DNA of 64,000 bases from a bacterium (GCA_027484025.1 JAIXTI010000287.1:5137-69136); one strand, 5' to 3'. Shown: positions 21,353 through 30,327, numbered from the stretch's first letter. The notes: a model not told the origin generated them from the letters alone. Program-made: numbers and translations.

Positions 21353-21379
21353 GTTAACACTGTTAACATACCGCGTCAA
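21353..21379 (-). promoter_or_regulatory. tetR promoter with palindromic operator
   Basis: GTTAACA-C-TGTTAAC palindrome at 21353-21367, just downstream of a TTGACG -35 hexamer (minus strand 21379-21374). Confidence 0.65.
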
Positions 21380-21399
21380 GGAGTACTGCGAGAGGCGGT

Positions 21400-21771
21400 C
21401 TACCCGGCGGGCTGGCTGAGCGCGAGGCGATTCCCCTCGCTGTCCTCGATCTCGGCCACGAACCCGGCCTCGCCGATGTCTTTCTTGTCATAAAGCACTG
21501 TGCTGCCGATCAGCCGCGCGCGGGCCAACGCCGCGTCGATGTCGACGACATCGAAATAGACGATGGCACCCGTTTTCGACGGCACGTAGACATCGCCCTT
21601 GGCCAGCGCCCCGCTCGCGCCGGGAAGCCCATCGGCACGCGGGAAGAAGGCCATCTCGTAGCCGTCGACCGTGCGCTTCTCGAGGGTGGTGCCAAGCACG
21701 ACCTCGTAAAAGCGCACCGCGCGATCGAGATTGGTGACGGGAATTTCGAAGTGATAGACGGGGTTGGTCAT
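21400..21771 (-). CDS. VOC/glyoxalase family protein
   Basis: HFEIPVTNLDRAVRFY...VYFDV.DID...AEIEDSEGNRLAL. Confidence 0.92.
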   Translation of the reverse strand: MTNPVYHFEIPVTNLDRAVRFYEVVLGTTLEKRTVDGYEMAFFPRADGLPGASGALAKGDVYVPSKTGAIVYFDVVDIDAALARARLIGSTVLYDKKDIGEAGFVAEIEDSEGNRLALSQPAG

Positions 21772-21959
21772 GGTGAGGCAAGTGATGCGTTCTTCGGCCT
21801 GTGAGCCAGCAGACAGTGGAATAGCGCGTCCATCAATCAAACGATCGGTCTAAGCAGCGAGCGTGATGCCTTTCGGTGTGTACCAACGGTCCTATCCTTC
21901 GGAGCAGGTCGCAGGGCACCACCAAGTGATTTCGTGAACCCACCACTGACAATACCTTC

Positions 21960-22340
21960 ATGAGGAAAGGCGCGCATAGCATCTCAGCCGCAACGGCCGA
22001 GCACTACGTCTGGGGTGATGGCGCCGACGGATGGCACCTCGTCCGGGCACCGGGGCTGAGCGTCATTCAGGAGCGTATGCCGCCGGGTTCCGCGGAGCAG
22101 CGTCATCGACACGCAGTCGCCCGCCAGTTCTTTTTCGTGCTTACCGGCCGCCTGCTCATCGAGGTGGAAGGCGTGCTGCATAGCCTTGACGCGCGCGAGG
22201 GTTTGGAGGTGGCACCGGGGATGGCGCATGAGGTGCGAAACGACAGTGCGTCGCCGGCCGAGTTTCTCGTGATCTCGCAGCCCCCAAGTCATGGCGACCG
22301 AATGAATGTCGCCAGCGAACGAAGCACCACGTCCGGCTGA
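21960..22340 (+). CDS. Cupin domain protein
   Basis: EHYVWG, HRHAVARQFFFVLTG and PGMAHEVRN cupin motifs. Confidence 0.88.
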   Translation: MRKGAHSISAATAEHYVWGDGADGWHLVRAPGLSVIQERMPPGSAEQRHRHAVARQFFFVLTGRLLIEVEGVLHSLDAREGLEVAPGMAHEVRNDSASPAEFLVISQPPSHGDRMNVASERSTTSG

Positions 22341-22445
22341 CCGAAACACTGCCCACCCACTGCTTCAACGAGGGGCATGGCGCTCGGGGGTGCGCATGAC
22401 CTCCGCCGTCATGACCGCATCGGTCATGGTATGCTCGGCAACGAC
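22340..22445 (-). pseudogene. Internally deleted MarR fragment (paralog of 28099-28575)
   Basis: 22381-22445 matches 28280-28344 at 55/65 nt by manual alignment; the next block matches 28147-28190. Confidence 0.8.
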
Positions 22446-22504
22446 GCTCACAGAAGGCGTCAAGCTCGAAGCATCGCGCTACTTGGTCGCCTCGCGCGGC
22501 TGGA

Positions 22505-22762
22505 TCAAGGCAAGACGAGCGCCGCATCGATATCGTCGACATCGAAGTACACGATCGCCCCTGCCTTCATCGGCACGTACACGTCGCCCTTCGCCAGTGC
22601 CCCGCTGGCACCGGGGAGTCCATCGGCACGCGGGAAGAAGGCCATCGCACATCCGTCAACCGTGCGCTTCTCGAGCGTCGTGCCCAGCACGAACTCGTAA
22701 TACCGAACCGCGCGATTGAGATCGGTGACGGGAATTTCGAACCGGTAGACGGGGTTGGTCAT
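22505..22762 (-). pseudogene. Truncated duplicate VOC gene
   Basis: 72 of the first 82 aa are identical to 21400-21771; then VLP-stop, so about 40 aa are missing. Confidence 0.85.
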
Positions 22763-22929
22763 ATTGGGACAGGCATGGGCGTAATCCCGTGTGTGGTGCC
22801 TGGATATTGTGTGCGCCGCGGCGAGGCGCGTCACATCGCGCAGTCTCCATTCGCCCGGAACGCACGGCAACTCCCGCGACCGCTTGCGCTTGGACGCATC
22901 CGGGCGCGGGAGCACACCAGCCAGGGGGC

Positions 22930-23739
22930 TCAGCCCTCGCAGGTGTTGTTGCCGACGATCTTCGCGATGTCTGCCTCGAGCTTTTGCTGTGCGGCGCTCA
23001 GGCGGAGACGCGCCGGCAGGACTTGCTCGAGAGCGCTGCTGATTTGCGCCTCGATGGCACTGCTGGTCTGCGTGCCGTTTCGCAGCGCCGTGATCTTCGC
23101 CAGGGCCTGATCGATGACGGCCACATCAGCCGCGATCGCCGATGAGAAAGCCTGAACGAGCGTGGCGATCTGCTGTGTCTGTGCGGGTGAAAGCACGGGA
23201 CCGTTCGCGCATGTGGCGAGCCACTCGCGCTGCGCAGGCGACAGGATGGCCTCGATAGCGGCGAAATAGGCGGCGCGGGCGGCTTCGAGACGCTTCTGAA
23301 TCTCGGCGCCAGTGGCCATGATGGCATCGATGCTTGCCGAAGTGGCCCCGGATTGCCGAGCGGAGCGTGCCTGAGCGACAATCGCGTCGTAGGCCGCAAC
23401 ATCTGACGCCATGTCCTTTTCGTGCTTCGCCTCGAGAGCGTTCAACTGCGCCTGCTGCGCAGACGTCAACGCCAATGACGCCGGAAGTCGAGACACCAAC
23501 GCGCCCGTCGATATCGCCGCACGGGCACCGGCTCGCGCGGCACTCTGCGCGATCGCGGTCGTTGATCGGATCAGGCTATCGTTTGCCGTCGCCTGCGCCG
23601 CCAGCACGCCGCTGCCGACGTCGGTCGACGAAGGCGCCACGGGCGCGGCATCGCTACACGCCGTGACGAGAACCAACCCAGCGACCGGTATCCAAACCGG
23701 CGCGACGACCGCTCGGCCGCGCTTGTAGAACCCGAACAT
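22930..23739 (-). CDS. Lipoprotein with tandem Spy/CpxP-like (LTxxQ) helical repeats
   Basis: GGAG SD before ATG 23739; lipobox VTAC; LALTSAQQAQ, ILSPAQRE and VLSPAQTQQ motifs. Confidence 0.7.
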   Translation of the reverse strand: MFGFYKRGRAVVAPVWIPVAGLVLVTACSDAAPVAPSSTDVGSGVLAAQATANDSLIRSTTAIAQSAARAGARAAISTGALVSRLPASLALTSAQQAQLNALEAKHEKDMASDVAAYDAIVAQARSARQSGATSASIDAIMATGAEIQKRLEAARAAYFAAIEAILSPAQREWLATCANGPVLSPAQTQQIATLVQAFSSAIAADVAVIDQALAKITALRNGTQTSSAIEAQISSALEQVLPARLRLSAAQQKLEADIAKIVGNNTCEG

Positions 23740-23815
23740 GTGATGCTCCTGAGAAGATGTGAGATCGCAGCACCGGCGCTTGAACCAAACCTTCACGCCC
23801 ACTGCTAGATGTTCC

Positions 23816-23844
23816 ACACCAACGGTGCGCAGCACCCTGACACC
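23816..23844 (-). promoter_or_regulatory. Candidate ECF promoter GGTGTCAGGGT-N14-GTGT (copy 1)
   Basis: Same motif and spacing as 24424-24452; directly after the sigma stop codon and upstream of the Spy-like gene. Confidence 0.6.
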
Positions 23845-23845
23845 T

Positions 23846-24409
23846 TCACGATCGACACTCCTTCAGCCGCTGTCGCAGTGACCGCAATGCACGACTCATC
23901 TGCGTTTCGACGGTTTTCACCGAAATGTCGAGCATCATGGCAATCTCGTTGTACGTCAGCCCACGCTGCCGACTGAGCAGGAATATCTCGCGTGCACCAG
24001 GCGCGAGTGTGGCAATGGCATCGAAGAGTGATCGCTGCAGCTCCGCCGCCGCGAGATTCTTTTCCACACTCGGTGTAGCATCGGCAATCTGCTCGGTGAC
24101 GTCGGAGTCACTCGCTATCGTACGCTGCTGTCGACGCTGATTTCGTACGTAGTTGAATGCGCGATTGCGACACGCTTGAAACAGATAGGCCGGCAGCCCA
24201 TCTGGAATGTCGACGGCCCGACGCTGCCGCCAGGTCGCGAGCAAGGCATCCTGTACGATGTCTTCCGCTGCCATGGCGTCACGCACGATCAGGTACACGG
24301 CCGACGCCAATCGTGGGTGCAGTTCGCGCGCCACACTGTCGAACGCGTCCGTGAGCGCTACATCGTCCTGCGGCCAGATGCGGTCTGGTGATTGCTCAGG
24401 GCTCGACAT
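23846..24409 (-). CDS. ECF RNA polymerase sigma-70 factor (FecI-like)
   Basis: Region 2 AEDIVQDALLATW..R, region 4 REIFLLSR..GLTYNEIA..LDISVKTVETQMSRAL. Confidence 0.93.
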   Translation of the reverse strand: MSSPEQSPDRIWPQDDVALTDAFDSVARELHPRLASAVYLIVRDAMAAEDIVQDALLATWRQRRAVDIPDGLPAYLFQACRNRAFNYVRNQRRQQRTIASDSDVTEQIADATPSVEKNLAAAELQRSLFDAIATLAPGAREIFLLSRQRGLTYNEIAMMLDISVKTVETQMSRALRSLRQRLKECRS

Positions 24410-24423
24410 GCCAGCTATAAAGG

Positions 24424-24452
24424 GGTGTCAGGGTACGACGACGTGCATGTGT
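24424..24452 (+). promoter_or_regulatory. Candidate ECF promoter GGTGTCAGGGT-N14-GTGT (copy 2)
   Basis: Upstream of fecR; identical motif and spacing to 23816-23844. Confidence 0.6.
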
Positions 24453-24535
24453 CCTTGAGGGCAGATGAACGCTGCTTCCATTCAAGACACCCGCAGCACG
24501 CGCCACCCCGACTTGTTCCGCACACTGGAATTCCT

Positions 24536-25615
24536 ATGTCTCAACCGACGCAGGGGGAAGACGATCTCCGCTGGCTGGAAGCCACCCGGCTTGTCGCTGG
24601 TGGACTCGATGAGTCCGTTGTCTCACCGGCGCGCGCCTGGTTGCTCTCCACCGCGGAGGGTCGGGCCGCTCTTGAAGAGGCCCAGCTCGCATGGACCGAA
24701 GCAGCACCGCTCGCTGCGATGCCTAGCGTCGCGTGGGACACCGATCAGACCATGCGGCGGTTTCAGGCAGCCCGCGCCGTTGATGCGGCCTTCCACAGAT
24801 CGGTTGGAGTAGCGGCAGACGCACTGCCGGCAAGAAAGTCGGCTCGAGTTGGTTTTTCGCACACCGTTGCGCCAGGGGGCATTCGCTGGTGGGGCTTGGC
24901 AGCGGCCGCGACGTTGGCCGTGGCGGTCATCGGAGGGGCCATGTGGCAGCGCCTCGCTACCGTCCGTGCAGACAGGACAGACGTCGCCACCGTGGCCCTG
25001 TCGGCCGCTTCGGGCGCTGCGCCTCGAGCGGTGGCGCTCGCTGATGGTTCACAAGTCACACTGGCTCCCGGTAGTACCCTGCGAAGTGCACCCGGATACG
25101 GCTCGGAGCACCGACTACTCGAGCTCGTTGGCGATGCGTTGTTTACGGTAAAGGCCGGCCCACATGCGTTTCAGGTGCGAACGGGCGACGTGCTCGTGGA
25201 GGACGTGAGCACGTCCTTTGTCGTGCGAGGACGGGACGATGGGGTGCTCGTCGTCGTGGTCGATGGCGCGGTCGTCGTGGGTGCGCGTCGAGATACATTG
25301 CGTGTCGGGACTGGTGGCATGGTCGCGAAGGATGGCCTCATCGCGCCGCTCGATCGGGCGTCGATACGGAGTGCGACGGCCTGGCCGCAGGGTGTGTTGG
25401 TGTTTGCCGATGAACCGTTGCGCGAAGTAGCGCGACGCCTGAGCCGGTGGACGGGGCAGACCTTACGGGTCGACGCGGCGCTCGAGGAGCAGCCGGTCAC
25501 CGTCACCTTCGACGGTGAGTCGCCGAGCGTGATGTTCGAGGTGCTGGCCACCACGGTGGGGGCGTCGCTCGAGTCAACGCCCTCTGGGTGGAGGCTTCGC
25601 CGCAATTCACCATGA
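24536..25615 (+). CDS. FecR family anti-sigma/transmembrane transducer
   Basis: N-terminal W-containing helices, a TM segment, LADGSQVTLAPGS..R, and C-terminal W..G.LVF.DEPL.EV...L.R. Confidence 0.88.
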   Translation: MSQPTQGEDDLRWLEATRLVAGGLDESVVSPARAWLLSTAEGRAALEEAQLAWTEAAPLAAMPSVAWDTDQTMRRFQAARAVDAAFHRSVGVAADALPARKSARVGFSHTVAPGGIRWWGLAAAATLAVAVIGGAMWQRLATVRADRTDVATVALSAASGAAPRAVALADGSQVTLAPGSTLRSAPGYGSEHRLLELVGDALFTVKAGPHAFQVRTGDVLVEDVSTSFVVRGRDDGVLVVVVDGAVVVGARRDTLRVGTGGMVAKDGLIAPLDRASIRSATAWPQGVLVFADEPLREVARRLSRWTGQTLRVDAALEEQPVTVTFDGESPSVMFEVLATTVGASLESTPSGWRLRRNSP

Positions 25616-28065
25616 CCGCATGCAGCTGCTGGGCACGACGGGTGATGATCTGTGCGGCGCTGATGCTTCTGGTTCGCGACGCCGATGCGCTGCCACGTCC
25701 TCGAGGCGACAGGCGCGAGTCACCGTGTCGGGGGGACGAGTCGTCCACCGGTCGTAGCGCATGGCAGCTTCATCGCGTGCCGTTGATTCAGGCGCTGCAG
25801 GACATCGCTGTACGGGCTGGCTGGCGGGTGTCGTTCAGTAGCGAAGCGCTGCCGGACACACGTGTATCGGTGTGGTGCGAGCCGTTTGATGGACTCGCGG
25901 CCGTGCGAGTCGTGCTTGCCGGGACGCGACTCCGCGCGGTGCTGCGCGACGGACTGCTGATCGTGGCGCCACCCGCCGAGGGGCGACGCCCAATTGATGG
26001 AGAGGAATGGGCGCGCCTGCAGCACCTGCCGATGCAGCGAATCGAGGCGCAACGCCCAGCGTCCTCTTCGCTCCTCACCTCCGTCGTCACGGGCGCCGGT
26101 GCGGCCGCGACCGTGATCGACGCCAACGGTTCGCTCACGCGTGGTGAGCTGTCGGTAGGCGAAACACTGCGCGGGCAGTTGCCCGGATTGGCGGCCTGGG
26201 ATCGCGGCGCCGGGGCGCTGCGCATCGCCAGTGTACGCGGTCGGGGGGCAGACGGTGGCGCCGGGGTGAAGATATTCATTGATGGCATCGAAGCCGCCGA
26301 CCCCTCATCGGTCCTGGCGCTGGATATGCGCAGCATCGCCCGGCTGCAGTGGTTACCTGGCGGCGCCGGCGCCTCGGTGTACGGGACCGACGCACTCGAT
26401 GGCGTGCTCGCGATCAGCACCCGGGCCGCGTCTCGTGATAACGACTCGGCGCTCTCCCTCGCGTCGTTGCGCCTCGGGGCCGCCGGTTCGCGGTTGCAAC
26501 CGGGCTCCTTGTGGTCGATCGACGGCGCAGCGTCCAGACGGTGGGTCCGCACGGTAGGCAAACGCGACGACGGCGCCGGCCACGTGTCCCCGGCGTTTCG
26601 TCTCGCCTCCGGGGTGACCGGCTCGTTTGAGCAGCAGGACGTACCATTCGGTATCATGCCGATCCGCGTGGCGGGTGTCGCATGGTCGGCGAGCGTCGAC
26701 GCGAAACGTTGGCGTGCACAGCTCAACGTGCGCGGCGCCGCCGGCCGACAGTTTCTCGCGTTCGAGCCGATCCCGGCTGTGCCGAATACCCACAGCCGAT
26801 CCGCGCCGGCCAGTGCGCCAGCGCTGGACGAGGAGCGGGTGCGCGATGGACACGCCGGTGTGTCGCTGCACTGGGGCGGGTCCCGCGCAATGCACGCGGT
26901 GCAATTGGCCGTGTCCTACTCCAATCGCGAGGCCGGCAGCGTGGCGCAGCGTCGCTCGATGCTCGACAGCATTCGCGTGGCCTGGCGCGGACCCGTGCAA
27001 CGAACGACTGCCCGATACCGCAGCGAAGTCCCCCTAGTGGGCACGGCGCTGGCGCTGTCGCTCGCAGGTGATGCCGGATATCTGGTGCGCACGGCACCGG
27101 ACAGCAGCGGTTTCGCCAACGCGCTTGGAGACAGCTCGATCGCACAATCCCTGGTGGGTGGAAGCGCCATTCTCCAGGCGACGCACTCACGCTTGCGCTG
27201 GTCCGCGGGTCTGCGAAGAGAGTGGAATAGCGCGGTGGGGCGGGACGTTCGCTGGTTCTGGCTCCCGTCCGCCGGGGCGCAATTCGATATGCCGGCACTC
27301 GGCGCGCTCGCCTCACGTCTGCGCGTGGCGTATGGCAGCAGCGCGCGCGCGCCCGCGCCTTCGATGAGTGCGGCGCGAAGCACGTCCCGCTTTCTGCAGC
27401 GGGCGAACCCAACGCTACCTGGCGAGCGTCAGCGGGCCGCCGAAGTTGGAGTAAACGGCGTATTCGGCTCGGCGGCAACGCTCGACATCACGGCGTATCG
27501 CCAACGCACCGAGGGCTTCACTCAACTGGTGGCCACGGGGCGCATCGACACGGTGGACGGGGGGCTGCGGCGTGAGCTTCAGTACGGCGTGCTGGGAACG
27601 GTCGAGGCACAGGGACTCGAGTTCAGTGGCACATGGCGCACCAGATGGGGAGAGGGGCGCGGGAGCGGGACGCTGCTGCGCTCGCGCGTCGTGACGCTGA
27701 CGCCAGAGTACCGAGGCGTCTTGTCTGTAGGAGCCGAGCCGCTGGAGGCCCCGCAACGCAACGGTGCCGTATCGTGGACCACGCGCCGCGGGAAGAATCA
27801 GTTGACGGTGGGCGCCAGTGTGATTGGCGCATGGCGGACGGCGGCGTGGGGATGCGTACTCTCCCGCGACGCCGGTTGTGACGCGAATACTCCCGTCATT
27901 GTCCCCATGGTCGCCCGCTGGAACGCCACATTCGAGGGCGCGCCGTTGGCCGGGTGGCGATGGCGCGTGCGCGGCGAGAACCTCAACGACAATCAGCGGG
28001 TGGACGGGAGCCCCGGACTCATCAGGCCGGGGCGGGCATTTTCCCTCGAGATTGGCCGTTGGTGA
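25612..28065 (+). CDS. TonB-dependent receptor/transducer with STN-like N-terminal extension (divergent)
   Basis: ATGA overlap with fecR; STN-like PLIQALQDIA..AG..VSFS; plug FIDGI...YG.DA.DGV..ISTR; barrel-like C-terminus. Confidence 0.78.
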   Translation: MTACSCWARRVMICAALMLLVRDADALPRPRGDRRESPCRGDESSTGRSAWQLHRVPLIQALQDIAVRAGWRVSFSSEALPDTRVSVWCEPFDGLAAVRVVLAGTRLRAVLRDGLLIVAPPAEGRRPIDGEEWARLQHLPMQRIEAQRPASSSLLTSVVTGAGAAATVIDANGSLTRGELSVGETLRGQLPGLAAWDRGAGALRIASVRGRGADGGAGVKIFIDGIEAADPSSVLALDMRSIARLQWLPGGAGASVYGTDALDGVLAISTRAASRDNDSALSLASLRLGAAGSRLQPGSLWSIDGAASRRWVRTVGKRDDGAGHVSPAFRLASGVTGSFEQQDVPFGIMPIRVAGVAWSASVDAKRWRAQLNVRGAAGRQFLAFEPIPAVPNTHSRSAPASAPALDEERVRDGHAGVSLHWGGSRAMHAVQLAVSYSNREAGSVAQRRSMLDSIRVAWRGPVQRTTARYRSEVPLVGTALALSLAGDAGYLVRTAPDSSGFANALGDSSIAQSLVGGSAILQATHSRLRWSAGLRREWNSAVGRDVRWFWLPSAGAQFDMPALGALASRLRVAYGSSARAPAPSMSAARSTSRFLQRANPTLPGERQRAAEVGVNGVFGSAATLDITAYRQRTEGFTQLVATGRIDTVDGGLRRELQYGVLGTVEAQGLEFSGTWRTRWGEGRGSGTLLRSRVVTLTPEYRGVLSVGAEPLEAPQRNGAVSWTTRRGKNQLTVGASVIGAWRTAAWGCVLSRDAGCDANTPVIVPMVARWNATFEGAPLAGWRWRVRGENLNDNQRVDGSPGLIRPGRAFSLEIGRW

Positions 28066-28098
28066 TTCCCGAAGCGCGCAACTGGCGTCGCTCCGGCC

Positions 28099-28575
28099 TC
28101 AGGCGGTTAGCAGCTGTACCAACGACTGCAGCGCCAGGTTCGGCGTCCCAAAGAACTGCGCATCCACCGCCTCGACCAGCGGCAGCGCGCGGCGCACGAG
28201 ACGCCGACCCGTCGCGGTGGATACGAGGCGCTTTGCGCGCGCGTCGTCCGGATGCGCCCTGCGCTCGACGTATCCTTTGCGCTCGAGCGTGCGCATGACC
28301 TCCGAGGTCATGACCGCATCGGTCGCGGTGTGCGTGGCCACGACGGTTTGCGTAACGGGCACGTCGGGCGACTCCGCCTCGAGCCACACGACCGTTGCCA
28401 GCAACACGAACTGCGCGTGGGTAAGGTCGAGATCGTCGAGCGCCGCCCGGATGGCCCGCTGCCACGCCGATGCCACCTGCCAGAGGAGAAAGCCGGCACT
28501 CTCGGCGGGTCCGGCAAAGCGGGAGCCCACCGCCGTCGCCCCGCGTCCGGCCGCCGCGCGGGAACGCTCAGACAT
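28099..28575 (-). CDS. MarR family regulator
   Basis: SAGFLLWQV...LTHAQFVLL...LERKGYVERR.HP.D.RAKR. Confidence 0.92.
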   Translation of the reverse strand: MSERSRAAAGRGATAVGSRFAGPAESAGFLLWQVASAWQRAIRAALDDLDLTHAQFVLLATVVWLEAESPDVPVTQTVVATHTATDAVMTSEVMRTLERKGYVERRAHPDDARAKRLVSTATGRRLVRRALPLVEAVDAQFFGTPNLALQSLVQLLTA

Positions 28576-29014
28576 GCGACAGCTCCGGAGCCATGATCAC
28601 CGCCAGCGTGCGCACCGCCCTGTCCGCATCGGCGGCGAGTACCGGTCCGAGCAGTCGTGCGGCGAGCCACCCCAACGGCCCACCAATGCAGACACGATGC
28701 ACGATGCGCGTTTTCCCCGCGGCCGTGGGCGTGAGTCGATGTTCGAAATCGAGACGGACCAGTGGCACGCGGACATGCGGCAGGACCGCGCGACTGTCAA
28801 AGCGCGCCGGCGCTTCCACATGGGTCAGCGTGAAGGTCGTCGGTGGCCCCTGCTGGGCTTCCAGTCGGCCGACGGCGCCAACGACGAACGCTCCATGAAG
28901 CGCCGCGCGGCGGAGCGAGGGATCCCACTCGACCCAGCGCGGGACGTCGGCATAGTGCGCCCAGAGCGCCGCCGGGGGCAGCTCCGATTCAGCGTGTGCC
29001 TCGTGCATCCACAT
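28568..29014 (-). CDS. SRPBCC/polyketide cyclase family protein
   Basis: LW..YADV.RW.EWDP...F.VG..G; overlaps the marR start. Confidence 0.8.
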   Translation of the reverse strand: MWMHEAHAESELPPAALWAHYADVPRWVEWDPSLRRAALHGAFVVGAVGRLEAQQGPPTTFTLTHVEAPARFDSRAVLPHVRVPLVRLDFEHRLTPTAAGKTRIVHRVCIGGPLGWLAARLLGPVLAADADRAVRTLAVIMAPELSHV

Positions 29015-29035
29015 GGACTCTCCCCGAAAGGGTTT

Positions 29036-29076
29036 GTAGTACGTGTACGTAGCACAATACTACGTACACGTACTAC
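29036..29076. promoter_or_regulatory. Perfect 17-bp inverted repeat, candidate MarR operator
   Basis: GTAGTACGTGTACGTAG-cacaata-CTACGTACACGTACTAC lies about 20 nt upstream of the SRPBCC-marR operon. Confidence 0.6.
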
Positions 29077-29270
29077 CGTCGTCAACCACGTCGGGGCGCG
29101 CCGCGTCCTGGCGAGGTCGTGCCGTAACGCGTAGCCGGGCAGATAGGCGGCACGACTCCCCCGCGTGTCGTCATGGCACGGAGGTCCACGTTGATTTCGT
29201 CCACTCCACGCCGCACCTTCCACATGCCCGGACACACCCGGCATGCTCCCCTTTCTCGTATTCGACGATC

Positions 29271-30221
29271 ATGGAACTGCGGCATCTGCGCTACTTCGTT
29301 CGTGTCGCCGAGCTCGAGCACTTTGGCCGCGCCGCGACCAAACTGAATGTGTCGCAGCCCGCGCTGTCCCAGCAGATCGCAGAACTGGAACGCGAAATCG
29401 GCGTCGCGCTCTTCGAACGCCGTCCGCGCGGCGTGCTCCTCTCCGACGCAGGCCGGCTGATGCTCACGCGCGCACGCGAGATTCTGGCCGCCGTCGATAC
29501 GGCGGTGGAGGATACCCGCGACGTGGGGCTCGGACGGAAAGGGCGCCTGCTCGTCGGGCTGCCCGAAGGGAATCGCGCCCTCGCGGTGATCCGTCGCGCC
29601 GTGGAGCGGTTTCGTAGTGAGCGCCCCGACGTGGAGCTGGTCACCACGGGGCTTCCGTGGAGCGAACAGCCACGGGAGGTGCTCGATGGTCGACTCGATG
29701 TAGCCTTCTGCTGGCAAGTTGCCGACATGACCGCGGCCGATGACGGGCGCGATCAAGCGAGCGCCCCGCATGCGGTCGGCCTGGCGTGGCACGCGCTCTT
29801 TGCGGATCCCGGTTGCTATGTGCTCGTGGAGCAGGCGTCCCCGCTGGCCACGCAGGAGTCCGTGTCCATGAGTGACCTGCACGGGCGTCCGTTGGCGATC
29901 GTATCGCGAGAGCTGCTGCCGGTGCTCTTCGATCGCATCACGGCCGCCGTGCGGGCGGCCGGTGGCCCCGCGCCGTCCGTGACCGACGGTGTGCGCACCG
30001 CTGCTGCGTTGACGCCATTGCTCACGACCAACGATGGATGGGCGCTCATTCCAGAGTCACTCAGGACGGCCGCACCGCCGGGCACGGTGGCGCGCCCACT
30101 CGCGGACTTCAGCATTCCCGGATCGCTCGATGTGCTTTGGCGTGAAGGCGATGAACGCGTCACCGTACACGCATTCGTGCAACTCGTGCGTGAAGTCAGC
30201 GAGGAAGAACGCGCGTCATAA
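29271..30221 (+). CDS. LysR family regulator
   Basis: MELRHLRYF...HFGRAA..LNVSQPALSQQI..LE.E.GV.LFER. Confidence 0.93.
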   Translation: MELRHLRYFVRVAELEHFGRAATKLNVSQPALSQQIAELEREIGVALFERRPRGVLLSDAGRLMLTRAREILAAVDTAVEDTRDVGLGRKGRLLVGLPEGNRALAVIRRAVERFRSERPDVELVTTGLPWSEQPREVLDGRLDVAFCWQVADMTAADDGRDQASAPHAVGLAWHALFADPGCYVLVEQASPLATQESVSMSDLHGRPLAIVSRELLPVLFDRITAAVRAAGGPAPSVTDGVRTAAALTPLLTTNDGWALIPESLRTAAPPGTVARPLADFSIPGSLDVLWREGDERVTVHAFVQLVREVSEEERAS

Positions 30222-30327
30222 GTGTGGCCGATGAGCCGATCGCGAGAAGGTATTGGACGCCTCACGCGGCACTCCGTACCGTGCGATGTCCCTGCCACTT
30301 CGGCCATCGACATCCGTGAGGCTTCCC

